From assembly GCA_964187785.1 (NCBI GenBank), contig OZ076409.1, positions 5,086,001 through 5,150,000 of the forward strand: 64,000 nucleotides of DNA. Reading direction: 5' to 3'. The stretch is from Amphiscolops sp. MND2022. Taxonomy: Eukaryota. The notes under the pieces were generated by a model that made no database searches, was not told the DNA's origin, and saw only the letters and a program-made list of their open reading frames with translations. Made by a program: the position numbers and the translations under genes. The stretch's first letter is position 1. Each line of letters begins with the position of its first letter. Below are positions 1 to 10,453 of the stretch, in pieces.

Positions 1-1039
1 GGCTGGCAACGTTGCTCCATTCAGAAGAATCTCAGTAACGGTGAGGAACTCTCCATTATTGGCTCGGTTTCCACGCAAAATTCCTGCTAGACGCAGCTGG
101 TGTTTTTTGTGGCTCTTTTCTGCGCTTGTTTTTTCTGCTCCGGTTGGGAGAGGTTTTGATTTGAGGATCTGAACAACAAGGCAAAGATCGTAGACAATTC
201 ATGAGAAAATCTGTACTCACAGCTCGGGGAAAGGGTTGATGAAAACAGAATAAGAAACGAAATTGACCGAAGCCTCGGAATGAAACACATGATATACTTA
301 ACTGTGGTGACGTCGGTCCGCTGTTATGTGACCTCTCTGATGTCTCAGAGTTATGAAATTGCTCTTCGTGCAATGAAATCTTTCAGCTCCTCCGTGAAAT
401 TTAGCAAACACCAGTCTCCATAGTCTTCCTTCCCTTTGAAAAAAAACGTTGGCACGAAATAGTACACGGGATTTAAGCTTTAAGCGTTTGTAACTAGGCA
501 CATGACTATTCGGGAAAGATTAATTTCATCCATTCGGTCGCTTCCGCATCCGATGTTCCATGTTTGGCGATGATAAGGTTGCAAGCAGTGAGAAAATTCG
601 AAAGCGAAACGTCAGATTGTGGATGAACAGATCTCTCGATGGTTTCTGATACTGGATTATCATCATCACTTCACAACAAAGATTTTGATGTATTATCAAA
701 AATTAGAATCTAGCATAAAAACTAACCTGGAGTTGGATAATACAGGAGACAATATGCAGGTATCTGCAGTGATTGAAGAACAGGGGTCAGCGGTGCTGAA
801 AATTTCTGCATCACTTTCAGAAGAACTGTCGCTTGGATCAGCAATTTGGAAGGACAAAGTTTCTGGGTCGCAATCAGAATCACTTGTGACATCACTGAAA
901 TCCCGGTAATCAGTTTTTTTGGTTTTTTCTACAGTTTTGGTAAAAAAAATCCCCGTCTTCGAAGGTTGACTCTTCGAGCACCGACAGAGCTCCTAGGAGT
1001 GCTTGTTTTGGGAGCAACATACGTTTGTTTTGGATCACG

Positions 1040-1806
1040 GCATATTTTTCGGTATGCGGACATTGACAGTTACAGTTACCGGTGTCGAAGTACTCGGGTT
1101 CTTAAAAAACCGTCAAGCGTTGCCCAGGGAATACATCTTTCAGTGTTACCAGCTTCACACATTTCCTGCTTTATATTTCGATGCTAAGTAGTCGCAGTTG
1201 GGTGCACAACAATGATTAGCAAATCGGCGCACTCCAACAACCTTTACCCTGGCACTGGAACACATTGAGGTTGGTTCCAGAATTGATACAGGATCAACGA
1301 ACTTATGTCTGTTCTCAGGAATCTTTTCAGTAAAACCGCGTGTGCAATCCAATTTCGTTTTACTTGGAATCGTTGCACCAGTATTGTTTACCAATTGGTA
1401 CCCATTGTAATTGTCTAGCTCGAAAGTTAATCCATAGGATAGGGCATGTTGATACGCTTCGTGCAGTAAGGAAATGACCTTTCTAACAATTGACTGAGAT
1501 TCAAGCAAGTCATAGTAAAGATCAGTTGTTAAAAGAGGAACTAGACTGCTCACTTTTCGTTCCGGTTTTTGGACTAAATCCACAACAATGTGGCCATCGC
1601 ACAAAGCAATCAACTCACCCCGTTTTTGCGGAATTTCCATTTTCACTAAAACCAACCGACAAACAGCCTAAATTACTTCGTGAAACCTTTTTTCCAGTAA
1701 AAAAGCAAAATTCTGGAGAATACTGAAAATTAATAGTCTTACAGACAGTCCCCACAAGCCCCAAAATCATTTGTGGTTCCGACAGCCTTACAACAGCTTT
1801 TTTCAA
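1040..1806 (-). pseudogene. SET-domain lysine methyltransferase pseudogene, SUV4-20/KMT5-like (copy 1, with a 210-bp deletion)
   Basis: ORF 1155-1655 has RRFANHCCAPNCDY (SET NH motif). After a frameshift near 1165 the reading continues RKCVKLVTLKDVFPGQRLTVF*EPEYFDTGNCNCQCPH, resembling the SET C-terminus and post-SET CxC of SUV4-20 proteins. Confidence 0.75.
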
Positions 1807-1829
1807 ATTTAGAAAAATTTCAATTTAGA

Positions 1830-2365
1830 ATATCAGCTGCACACGCAAGTTGAATAATTACGAAAAAAAATCATTCGGTGTCATTCATTAAAAGGCGCGA
1901 CTCCTCCGCTGAGGCAGTTGCTTTCATCAGAAGAGTGAATCAGAATATAGGCCGCACACGCAAGTTGAATAATTGCGAAAAAAAATCATTCGGTGTAATT
2001 CAATAAAAGCCGCGGCTTTTACGCTGAGGCAGTTGCTTTCATCAGAAGAGTGATTTAGACCATAAGTCGCATACGCAAGTGGAAAAAATTCGAGAAAAAA
2101 AGCTTTCGGTGTAATTCATTAATAGCCGCGGCTACTACACTGAGGCAGTTGCTTTCATCAGAAGAGTGATTTAGAATATAAGCCGCATACGCAAGTTGAA
2201 AAATTACGAAAAAACCGCATTCTGTGTCATTGATTAAAAGCCGCGGCTACTACGCTGAGGCAGTTGCTTTCGTCAGAAGAGTGATAAGCCGCGGCTACTA
2301 CGCTGAGGCAGTTGCTTTCATCAGAAAAGTGATTTAGAACATAAGCCGCATACGCAAGTTAAAGA
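1830..2365. repeat. ~117-120 bp minisatellite (about 4.5 units)
   Basis: The core TACGCTGAGGCAGTTGCTTTCATCAGAAGAGTGA recurs, and the sequence between cores is also repeated. Confidence 0.9.
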
Positions 2366-3780
2366 ATTCAGGTTCGTTTCTGATTAGCAGCAAGAGTAGC
2401 TTCTCTGACTGCCATTTCTGGAGCTCTGGGGTATTTTCGACGGACAACAACTGATAACATAAAACTTATAGTAAGATATCAAAAAGAAACAGCAAAAGTC
2501 ACATTAAAGTCAAATCTTTAAACTTTTCCCGCAATTCCTGATCACATGGATCGCGAATTCCGGTTGACTTCCGCTTGGATTTGGCGATCAAGGTATTTGC
2601 TAGCTTGTTGGCTTTCGCACTTCCAAAGATGTGCTTCGGAAGCGTCCTTCCGAACTTACTCAGCTCTGAGCCGGCAAACGTTTCATGAGGTTCACTCCTT
2701 CATGCATAATTGGTTCTGCATCCTTCGAATTGTCGGCTGGCAACGTTGCTCCATTCAGAAGAATCTCAGTAACGGTGAGGAACTCTCCATTATTGGCTCG
2801 GTTTCCACGCAAAATTCCTGCTAGACGCAGCTGGTGTTTTTTGTGGCTCTTTTCTGCGCTTGTTTTTTCTGCTCTGGGAGAGGTTGGGAGAGGTTTTGAT
2901 TTGAGGATCTGAACAACAAGGCAAAGATCGTAGACAATTCCTGAGAAAATCTGTACTCACAGCTCGGGGAAAGGGTTGATGAAAACAGAATAAGAAACGA
3001 AATTGACCGAAGCCTCGGAATGAAACACATGATATACTTAACTGTGGTGACGTCGGTCCGCTGTTATGTGACCTCTCTGATGTCTCAGAGTTATGAAATT
3101 GCTCTTCGTGCAATGAAATCTTTCAGCTCCTCCGTGAAATTTAGCAAACACCAGTCTCCATAGTCTTCCTTCCCTTTAAAAAAAAACGTTGGCACGAAAT
3201 AGTACACGGGATTTAAGCTTTAAGCGTTTGTAACTAGGCACATGACTATTCGGGAAAGATTAATTTCATCCATTCGGTCGCTTCCGCATCCGATGTTCCA
3301 TGTTTGGCGATGATAAGGTTGCAAGCAGTGAGAAAATTCGAAAGCGAAACGTCAGATTGTGGATGAACAGATCTCTCGATGGTTTCTGATACTGGATTAT
3401 CATCATCACTTCACAACAAAGAATTTGATGTATTATCAAAAATTAGAATCTAGCATAAAAACTAACCTGGAGTTGGATAATACAGGAGACAATATGCAGG
3501 TATCTGCAGTGATTGAAGAACAGGGGTCAGCAGTGCTGAAAATTTCTGCATCACTTTCAGAAGAACTGTCGCTTGGATCAGCAATTTGGAAGGACAAAGT
3601 TTCTGGGTCGCAATCAGAATCACTTGTGACATCACTGAAATCCCGGTAATCAGTTTTTTTTCGGTTTTTTCTACAGTTTTGGTAAAAAAATCTCCGTCTT
3701 CGAAGGTTGACTCTTCGAGCACCGACAGAGCTTCTAGGAGTGCTTGTTTTGGGAGCAACATACGTTTGTTTTGGATCACG

Positions 3781-4750
3781 GCATATTTTTCGGTATGCGG
3801 ACATTGACAGTTACGGTTACCGGTGTCGAAGTACTCGGGTTCTTAAAAAACCGTCAAGCGTTGCCCAGGGAATACATCTTTCAGTGTTACCAGCTTCACA
3901 CATTTCCTGCTTTATATTTCGATGCTAAGTAGTCGCAGTTGGGTGCACAACAATGATTAGCAAATCGGCGCACTCCAACAACCTTTACCCTGGCACTGGA
4001 ACACATTGAGGTTGGTTCCAGAATTGATACAGGATCAACGAACTTATGTCTGTTCTCAGGAATCTTTTCAGTAAAACCGCGTGTGCAATCCAATTTCGTT
4101 TTACTTGGAATCGTTGCACCAGTATTGTTTACCAATTGGTACCCATTGTAATTGTCTAGCTCGAAAGTTAATCCATAGGATAGGGCATGTTGATACGCTT
4201 CGTGCAGTAAGGAATTGACCTTTCTAACAATTGACTGAGATTCAAGCAAGTCATAGTAAAGATCAGTTGTTAAAAGAGGAACTAGACTGCTCACTTTTCG
4301 TTCCGGTTTTTGGACTAAATCTACAACAATGTGGCCATCGCACAAAGCAATCAACTCACCCCGTTTTTGCGGGAACTCCATTTTCACTAAAACGAACCGA
4401 CAAACAGCCTAAATTACTTCTTCTTTTCCCGTAGAAAAGCAAAATTCTGGAGAATACTGAAGATTAATAGTCTTACAGACAGTCCCCACAAGCCCCAAAA
4501 TCATTTGTGGTTCCGACAGCCTTACAACAGGCCTGTCGAAACTAGGTCTCGAAAACAACAGTTGAACGCTCCCCCTGTTTGGTATGCTGCTGAAGGTATT
4601 GTATGAATGTAACAAACCAGCTTTGAGATTTGCGAGAACTGAGGATACACGCAAAGGTTTACAGATTGAACACAGAGGCGAAACCGCGCTTCGCATACAC
4701 TTGCGGAGAAAGTTGCAAACTTCAAGAAAAACCAAATCAGCTTTTTTCAA
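3781..4750 (-). pseudogene. SET-domain lysine methyltransferase pseudogene, SUV4-20/KMT5-like (copy 2)
   Basis: ORFs 4409-4750 and 3896-4387 plus the frameshifted C-terminal part. Same SET motifs and the same frameshift and stop as copy 1. Confidence 0.75.
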
Positions 4751-4771
4751 ATTTAGAAAAATTTCAATTTA

Positions 4772-5410
4772 GAATATCAGCTGCACACGCAAGTTGAATA
4801 ATTACGAAAAAAATCATTCGGTGTCATTCATTAAAAGGCGCGACTACTACGCTGAGGCAGTTGCTTTCATCAGAAGAGTGATTGAGAATATAGGCCGCAT
4901 ACGCAAGTTGAAAAAATTCGAGAAAAAATGCTTTCGGTGTAATTCATTAAAAGCCGCGGCTTTTACGGTGAGGCAGTTGCTTTCATCAGAAGAGTGATTT
5001 AGAACATGAGCCGCATACGCAAGTTAAAAAAATCGAGAAAATAAGCTTTCGGTGTAATTCATTAAAAGCCGCGGCTACTACGCTGAGGCAGTTGCTTTCA
5101 TCAGAACATATGTCGCATACGCAAGTTGAAAAAATTCGAGAAAAAAGTTTTCGGTGTAATTCATTAAAAGCCGCGGCTACTACACTGAGGCAGTTGCTTT
5201 CGTCAGAAGAGTGATAAGCCGTCGCTACTACGCTGAGGCAGTTGCTTTCATCAGAAAAGTGATTTAGAACATATGCCGCATACGCAAGTTGAAAAAATTC
5301 GAGAAAAAATGCTTTCGGTGTAATTCATTAAAAGCCGCGGCTTTTACGCTGAGGCAGTTGCTTTCATCAGAAGAGTGATTTAGAACATATGCCGCATACG
5401 CAAGTTAAAG
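4772..5410. repeat. ~117-120 bp minisatellite (about 6 units; copy number differs from the first array)
   Basis: Same core as 1830-2365. Confidence 0.9.
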
Positions 5411-5413
5411 AAT

Positions 5414-6218
5414 TCAGGTTCGGTTCTGATTAGCAGCAAGAGTAGCCTCTCTGACTGCCATTTCTGGAGCTCTGGGGTATTTTCGACGGACAACAACTGA
5501 TAACATAAAACTTATAGTAAGATATCAAAAAGAAACAGCAAAACAGTCACAATTAAGTCAAATCTTTAAACTTTTCCCGCAATTCCTGATCACATGGATC
5601 GCGAATTCCGGTTGACTTCCGCTTGGATTTGGCGATCAAGGTATTTGCTAGCTTGTTGGCTTTCCCACTTCCAAAGATGTGCTTCGAAAGCGTCCTTCCG
5701 AACTTACTCGGCTCTGAGCCGGCAAAAGTTTCATGAGGTTCACTCCTTCATGCATAATTGGTTCTGCATCCTTCGAATTGTCGGCTGGCAACGTTGCTCC
5801 ATTCAGAAGAATCTCAGTAACGGTGAGGAACTCTCTATTATTGGCTCGGTTTCCACGCAAAATTCCTGCTAGACGCAGCTGGTGTTTTTTGAGGCTCTTT
5901 TCTGCGCTTGTTTTTTCTGCTCCGGTTGGGAGAGGTTTTGATTTGAGGATCTGAACAACTAGGCAAAGATCGTAGACAATTCCTGAGAAAATCTGTACTC
6001 ACAGCTCGGGGAAAGGCTTGATGAAAACAGAATAAGAAACGAAATTGACCGAAGCCTCGGAATAAAATACATGATATACTTAACTGTGGTGACGTCGGTC
6101 CGCTGTTATATGACCTCTCTGATGTCTCAGAATTATGAAATTGCGGTGTGATGTCTCCATTTCCGTTACACCCAAAATCAACCGAACTGTCACAAGTGGA
6201 AGAATCACTATCAGACAT
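5414..6218 (-). pseudogene. Decayed gene with a C-terminal BEN-domain-like region; 5'-truncated duplicate at ~2370-3102
   Basis: ATG at 6218 (MSDSDSST...). With one frameshift the 3' part reads IMHEGVNLMKL/AGSEPSKFGRTLSKHIFGSGKANKLANTLIAKSKRKSTGIRDPCDQELREKFK. A phase-1 67-nt intron-like gap (5497-5563, AG intact, donor AT) is followed by VVVRRKYPRAPEMAVREATLAANQ. BEN assignment is by eye. Confidence 0.5.
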
Positions 6219-6499
6219 TCTCCAAATTAACCACTATGGTCTGAAAATCAAAAATAGAAAACGAAATTGCACCAATTTTCGCAGGATCTGGTAACAGCAG
6301 CCTGTCAACTTGTCTACAGCCAGCACCACACATTGCGCCTCGACTATTCATCTGGCAAATCTAGCTCTTAGCAAGTTGAAAATTTCCTTACTTCATTCGG
6401 AAATAGAAATTGAAGTGATATTCCGAACGGGTCTTTCGAAACAACGTCCAACAAAACTCGACCTCCTTTATTCATTGTCTCTTTAAACAACTTGGAAAA

Positions 6500-8465
6500 G
6501 AACTATTCGGATACCAAATGTTTTCTCGTGACTTGAACTGGTTGAAATAGTATAGGACTATTCTCAAAGATGTTTAAAAAACAAAATGTGAAGACAATCC
6601 AGTAAAAACACGAAAATATCGATACTTGAATGTTGTACAAAAAAGCACCAAAATTGATCAGCGACAAATCTTCGATCGAACATTTCGAGAAAGCTGGGTT
6701 GAAGCAAGTTGAAAAGAAAGAAGACAACTCACAATACAGTAAAGTACAAAGTAAACGAGTTTAACAATTGCATTGCAGGTTGTTGATATTTTAGAACATC
6801 GTGAAACATGCAAGTTCAGCGAGCAGCAAAAATTGCTGCTCTGAACTGGCAATTGAAACACCTTAAACAAAAAATATTGCAAAATACAGCATTGTTTGCG
6901 GGAAAAGCAGACATATTGGGCTACCAAGCGTTCTCCAGGCATATGTTTAAACGTATGACTTGATTTATTAGTCCATTGTTGAGCTGCTTTTTCTGATTTG
7001 AACCGTTGCCTCCGCTCCATATTGATTGACTCCACGAACAGCTTCTTCCTCCCGATGGAGAAAATTCCGCTCAACAACCTCTGGAAACACATATCAAGTT
7101 CAGCGGATCGAAGAACTCAAGCAAGGTGAGCAGTGACTCGCGACCTTTTTCGCGGAAAACGGAGTTTTCAAGTGAACAATTATTGATTGTTGCTCAAGCG
7201 AGTCTGATAACTCTTCGACTGCAAAACACTTTCAATATAACCTTTCGACACTGCTTTACTTTCGGAAATTGGACGGAATGGAAACGCGAACAATTATGTG
7301 CATACAACCTTTGAAAATTCTCTCCAATTCCGGATCAACTGACTTTCTTGTGTTCTTCTTCTCTACCCGGAGACCTAAACGCTGTTCCACGAGTTGGCAA
7401 TCCTTCCCCTCCCCAAACATTTGAGATGCAAGAACGGGCCATCGGTTGATAGCAAATCCAAAAGATTTTGTCCAATTATTTCTATAGATTCTCCTTTATC
7501 TGAGGTGCTGTAAAAAACGGCGTTGCTTGATGTTGGAAAGGCTGCCGAACGCTTGAAAACTTCAAGAAGCTCATTCTGTAGCATCCTATTCTGCTTCACG
7601 AATTTTCTCATTACTTTCTCATTGGTCTGTGTCATTTGCCTCAAATATTCATCAACTTTCTCATTCAGTTTGTCGATCTTTTTTTCTTATTGGCAGCTTC
7701 GAGCCTTAAAAAAATATAAAAACAATTCGGTTGCAACGCGAATTTGTCGTTTTGAACGCAATGTATGTCCAAATACCTGTGGCGTCATTTCCGAAGCCAA
7801 GATTGAATCTCCGATCTCAATTGGTGTCGACCGAAAAGGTGCAACAGGACTCATATTCACAACATGTAGAACAGAGGGATTGGCCTGAATGGAATTCTCA
7901 CCCAAAACAATCCTAGGTTTCTTTTGGTGCTTCAAAGACAATGATTTTTTCCGTTTCAAGGCGTTAGTTGAAACATCGGGCGACTGAGCAACAGGTTGGG
8001 TGGAAGGATCGTGAACTTGCCATTCATGCTCGAAGTTTTCTTCAAAAAAGTAAATTTCATTTTACCTCTTGTCCAGCAAACTATTTTATTTCAATTGACC
8101 AAAACAACTCCAATTCAAAACCTACTCGTTTAGACTCAGCACACTTGAATTTCCGCCGGTTTCTCACGCCTTTTTCACCACTTGGTTCGCTTTTCGCTTC
8201 ACTTTCTCTGTCTCGCAGATGCACACAAGTGACATGTTGTAAGTCCCTTGTGTTTTTCACCCTCACCTTGTCCCTATTTTTGAGATCCAGCTTGGCTCGA
8301 ACTGAGAAATCAGCTGGCCAGAGACTACTGTTGTACTCCATGATTACATGAACTTGGTCCCCTTTGGTATAAAATACCCATCGTTTTTGACTGGCCAGTT
8401 TGAGACGATCGTAATCCTCATCATTCAACTGAACGTCCGCGGAATTCTCTATCAGGCAAAGGCAT
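6500..8465 (-). pseudogene. Fragmented coding-like sequence of unknown function
   Basis: A run of same-strand ORF fragments (8081-8428, 7687-7959, 7375-7644, 6658-7092) with protein-like composition. ATG at 8465 follows a strong polypyrimidine-AG. No domain recognised. Confidence 0.35.
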
Positions 8466-8737
8466 TCCTCGAAAATCTAGAAAAAAGGTACGGTTGAGAA
8501 ACGCCGAGCGGGGCACAAAACATCTTCGTCAGCTAATTGTGTGAGCGGAGCCAACTGCAATAACTGATTTAAAACTGGACTGACTTATTCTTCCCGAGAG
8601 CCTCTCAAACAGCCCTCTCTGGGAAAAAACCTGAAAACGACTCAAAAGACAAACACAAACATTCCTTGAACTACAAAAATTTTTTACTTCACATACTAAT
8701 GGAGAATCTCATCAATACAGGGTCAAAGCCCTTTTGT

Positions 8738-9283
8738 TCATCCAGACCGAGTATATTTATCACAAGTGAAACAGGTCAATAGATCAAAACATTTTGAACA
8801 ATTGAACTTGGTGCACAGTTGGCATTGTATGAAACTTGATTCTTCGATCCCAAATTTCAGCCTACAGGAGGAGCATTTCAATTGCTTTTCAGGGTATTTG
8901 TACGAGTGCATTTGTCTCCTTTTGACGCTGTACCACCACTCTCTACCTGCTGCTTGTCTATTCTCCCGCCCTTCTGGGACAGCTATATTGAGACGCTTTG
9001 CGAATTGATAAGCATACTGGAGAACATGCTTCAGGGGAGTCAAATCTGGGAAAGGGAGGTTACGAATCTCCTTCAGGAAACTTTTTTCTTCGCCATCGCT
9101 CAGCATAGTTCGAACAGTTGGTGTTGTTTTATTTAACCGTCGCGACAAGGTTGTTCTTCGAATGTTAGTTAGGAGAGCAGCACGCGATTTAGAAAAGCCT
9201 TCCTTGACCACTAACGAGCAACCAAGTTCCAGTTCCAGAGAACTGTAACCAACCTTGCGTTTTTGGATGTAGGTTCTGGGCAT
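8738..9283 (-). CDS. 181-aa protein: pogo/Tigger-type psq HTH + CENP-B HTH fused directly to a four-CxxC zinc finger; no DDE domain
   Basis: MPRTYIQK start, SKSRAALLTNIRRTTLSRRL (psq-like HTH), LSDGEEKSF...AGREWWYSVKRR (CENP-B/Tc5 HTH), then CSSC..CQLC..CSKC..CFTC. Uninterrupted from ATG 9283 to the stop at 8738. Confidence 0.72.
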   Translation of the reverse strand: MPRTYIQKRKVGYSSLELELGCSLVVKEGFSKSRAALLTNIRRTTLSRRLNKTTPTVRTMLSDGEEKSFLKEIRNLPFPDLTPLKHVLQYAYQFAKRLNIAVPEGRENRQAAGREWWYSVKRRQMHSYKYPEKQLKCSSCRLKFGIEESSFIQCQLCTKFNCSKCFDLLTCFTCDKYTRSG

Positions 9284-9719
9284 GGCCACTGAAAAAAGGT
9301 ACCATATCAAAAGTACAGAGAGTTAAAGAGTTATTGTACTTTGTTAAAAAAAAAATAGAGAATGAAACCAGCGTTTTCCACAGACAGCCTCTTACAAACT
9401 GTTAGAAGAAAAAAGTCATCGTCGTAGCACTCTTACGTGTATTGTAATATATATGGAATCACAGAACCCGAAAATTTTCTTTCAGAAGGGGAAAACACTC
9501 AGGCAATGTTGTGTGCCGTCTTCATTGAAACGAAACAGTAACGATAACTCGCTCAGGATAAAACGTCGATAACTGGACATTTTATTGTTTGTGAATCAAT
9601 GACGTTGAGCAAGAAAGGTGAATGACAGCAACAAAGTAAACAACAGGCAAAGTTATTTCAAATTTTTCAAATTCAAAAAAATGCAAATAGAAGGCTCAAT
9701 GTTTTCTATTCAAGAAAAC

Positions 9720-10185
9720 ATAAGGTTTCCTGCAGAAGTTCCGCGTAGCAATTATTCGTCAAATTGACGCCATCAACAAAGCTTTTTCTCTCTTCCAATT
9801 TCATATAACATCCACGGAAACGCTTCCGCAAGAGTGCGTTCAAGTTCCGTACTTCCAAAGGGTAGGCCAATAGACCGGCATAATTTTAACATTTACGCTT
9901 GGGCCTATCTTGTCAAGGAAACGTTTGAAAGTGTTTGAAACCTGTGCCCACCAGTCGGGTTTCATATCTTTCCTGGGATGAAAAGCAATGTCATTTCCGC
10001 CGCATTGAATAACCTTAACTTGGCCAATGTGCCAAATTTGGCACATTTTGTTTCTGCAAATTCTTAACGCACCAGCTGATTGTATGGTAAAGCAAACCCT
10101 TTAATAAGAGTTTCAGACAATATTGCATAGCATTCGGCGCCTTTTCACGGAAAATTGACGTGATGTCTCCAAAACCCAGAAAATG
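9720..10185 (-). pseudogene. SGNH/GDSL-hydrolase-like pseudogene
   Basis: Frameshifted fragments in the expected order: FGD (block I-like, ~10165), VIQCGGNDI (block III GxND, ~10000) and FVDGVNLTNNCYAELL (block V DxxH-like with H to N, ~9770). Confidence 0.5.
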
Positions 10186-10332
10186 ACGCGAAAAAATCAA
10201 AAGAAAAATAAGTGCAGATTTTCCGTTTTCCCAGTTTTCGTTTGTGCCCCTTTTATCCCACTGGTATCAACATTGGGTCAAAGCGTCCCCAGCATGTTTT
10301 GAAACATGCTGAAAAGCAAGCAGAGACATGAC

Positions 10333-10453
10333 GCGTGCAAAGTTTTGGCGCAAAGTTCGGAGCCAGTGCGGCGAAGCCGCACGCCAGCGGAGAACTTCGC
10401 GCAAAAAACTTTGCGCGCAAGGGGCCCGCGCTAGCGGGCCCCAAGGCCAGCAG
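10333..10453 (+). other. GC-rich double hairpin, possible rolling-circle transposon terminus
   Basis: An imperfect long stem GCAAAGTTTT...AAAACTTTGC encloses TGCGGC-GAA-GCCGCA. It is followed by a perfect GGGGCCCGC-GCTA-GCGGGCCCC hairpin (10421-10442) and CAGCAG then a T-rich flank. Confidence 0.5.

Larger units (their letters stand above)
1..6143. repeat. Tandem segmental array: end of one unit (1-362) plus two full units (363-3102, 3103-6143)
   Basis: The window-start sequence GGCTGGCAACGTTGCTCC recurs at 2735 and 5783 with high identity. The last copy diverges after TTATGAAATTGC (~6143) into unique sequence, which defines the unit junction. Confidence 0.92.

Noticed and set aside
1830..2365. 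Regularly spaced conserved 30-35 bp core resembling a CRISPR array (also 4772-5410)
   Set aside because: The sequences between cores are themselves repeats, there are no cas genes, and the context is eukaryotic: it is a minisatellite.
4531..4740. Plus-strand GC-AG intron precisely lost in unit 1
   Set aside because: Coding signatures are on the minus strand and there is no polypyrimidine tract; microhomology deletion is simpler.
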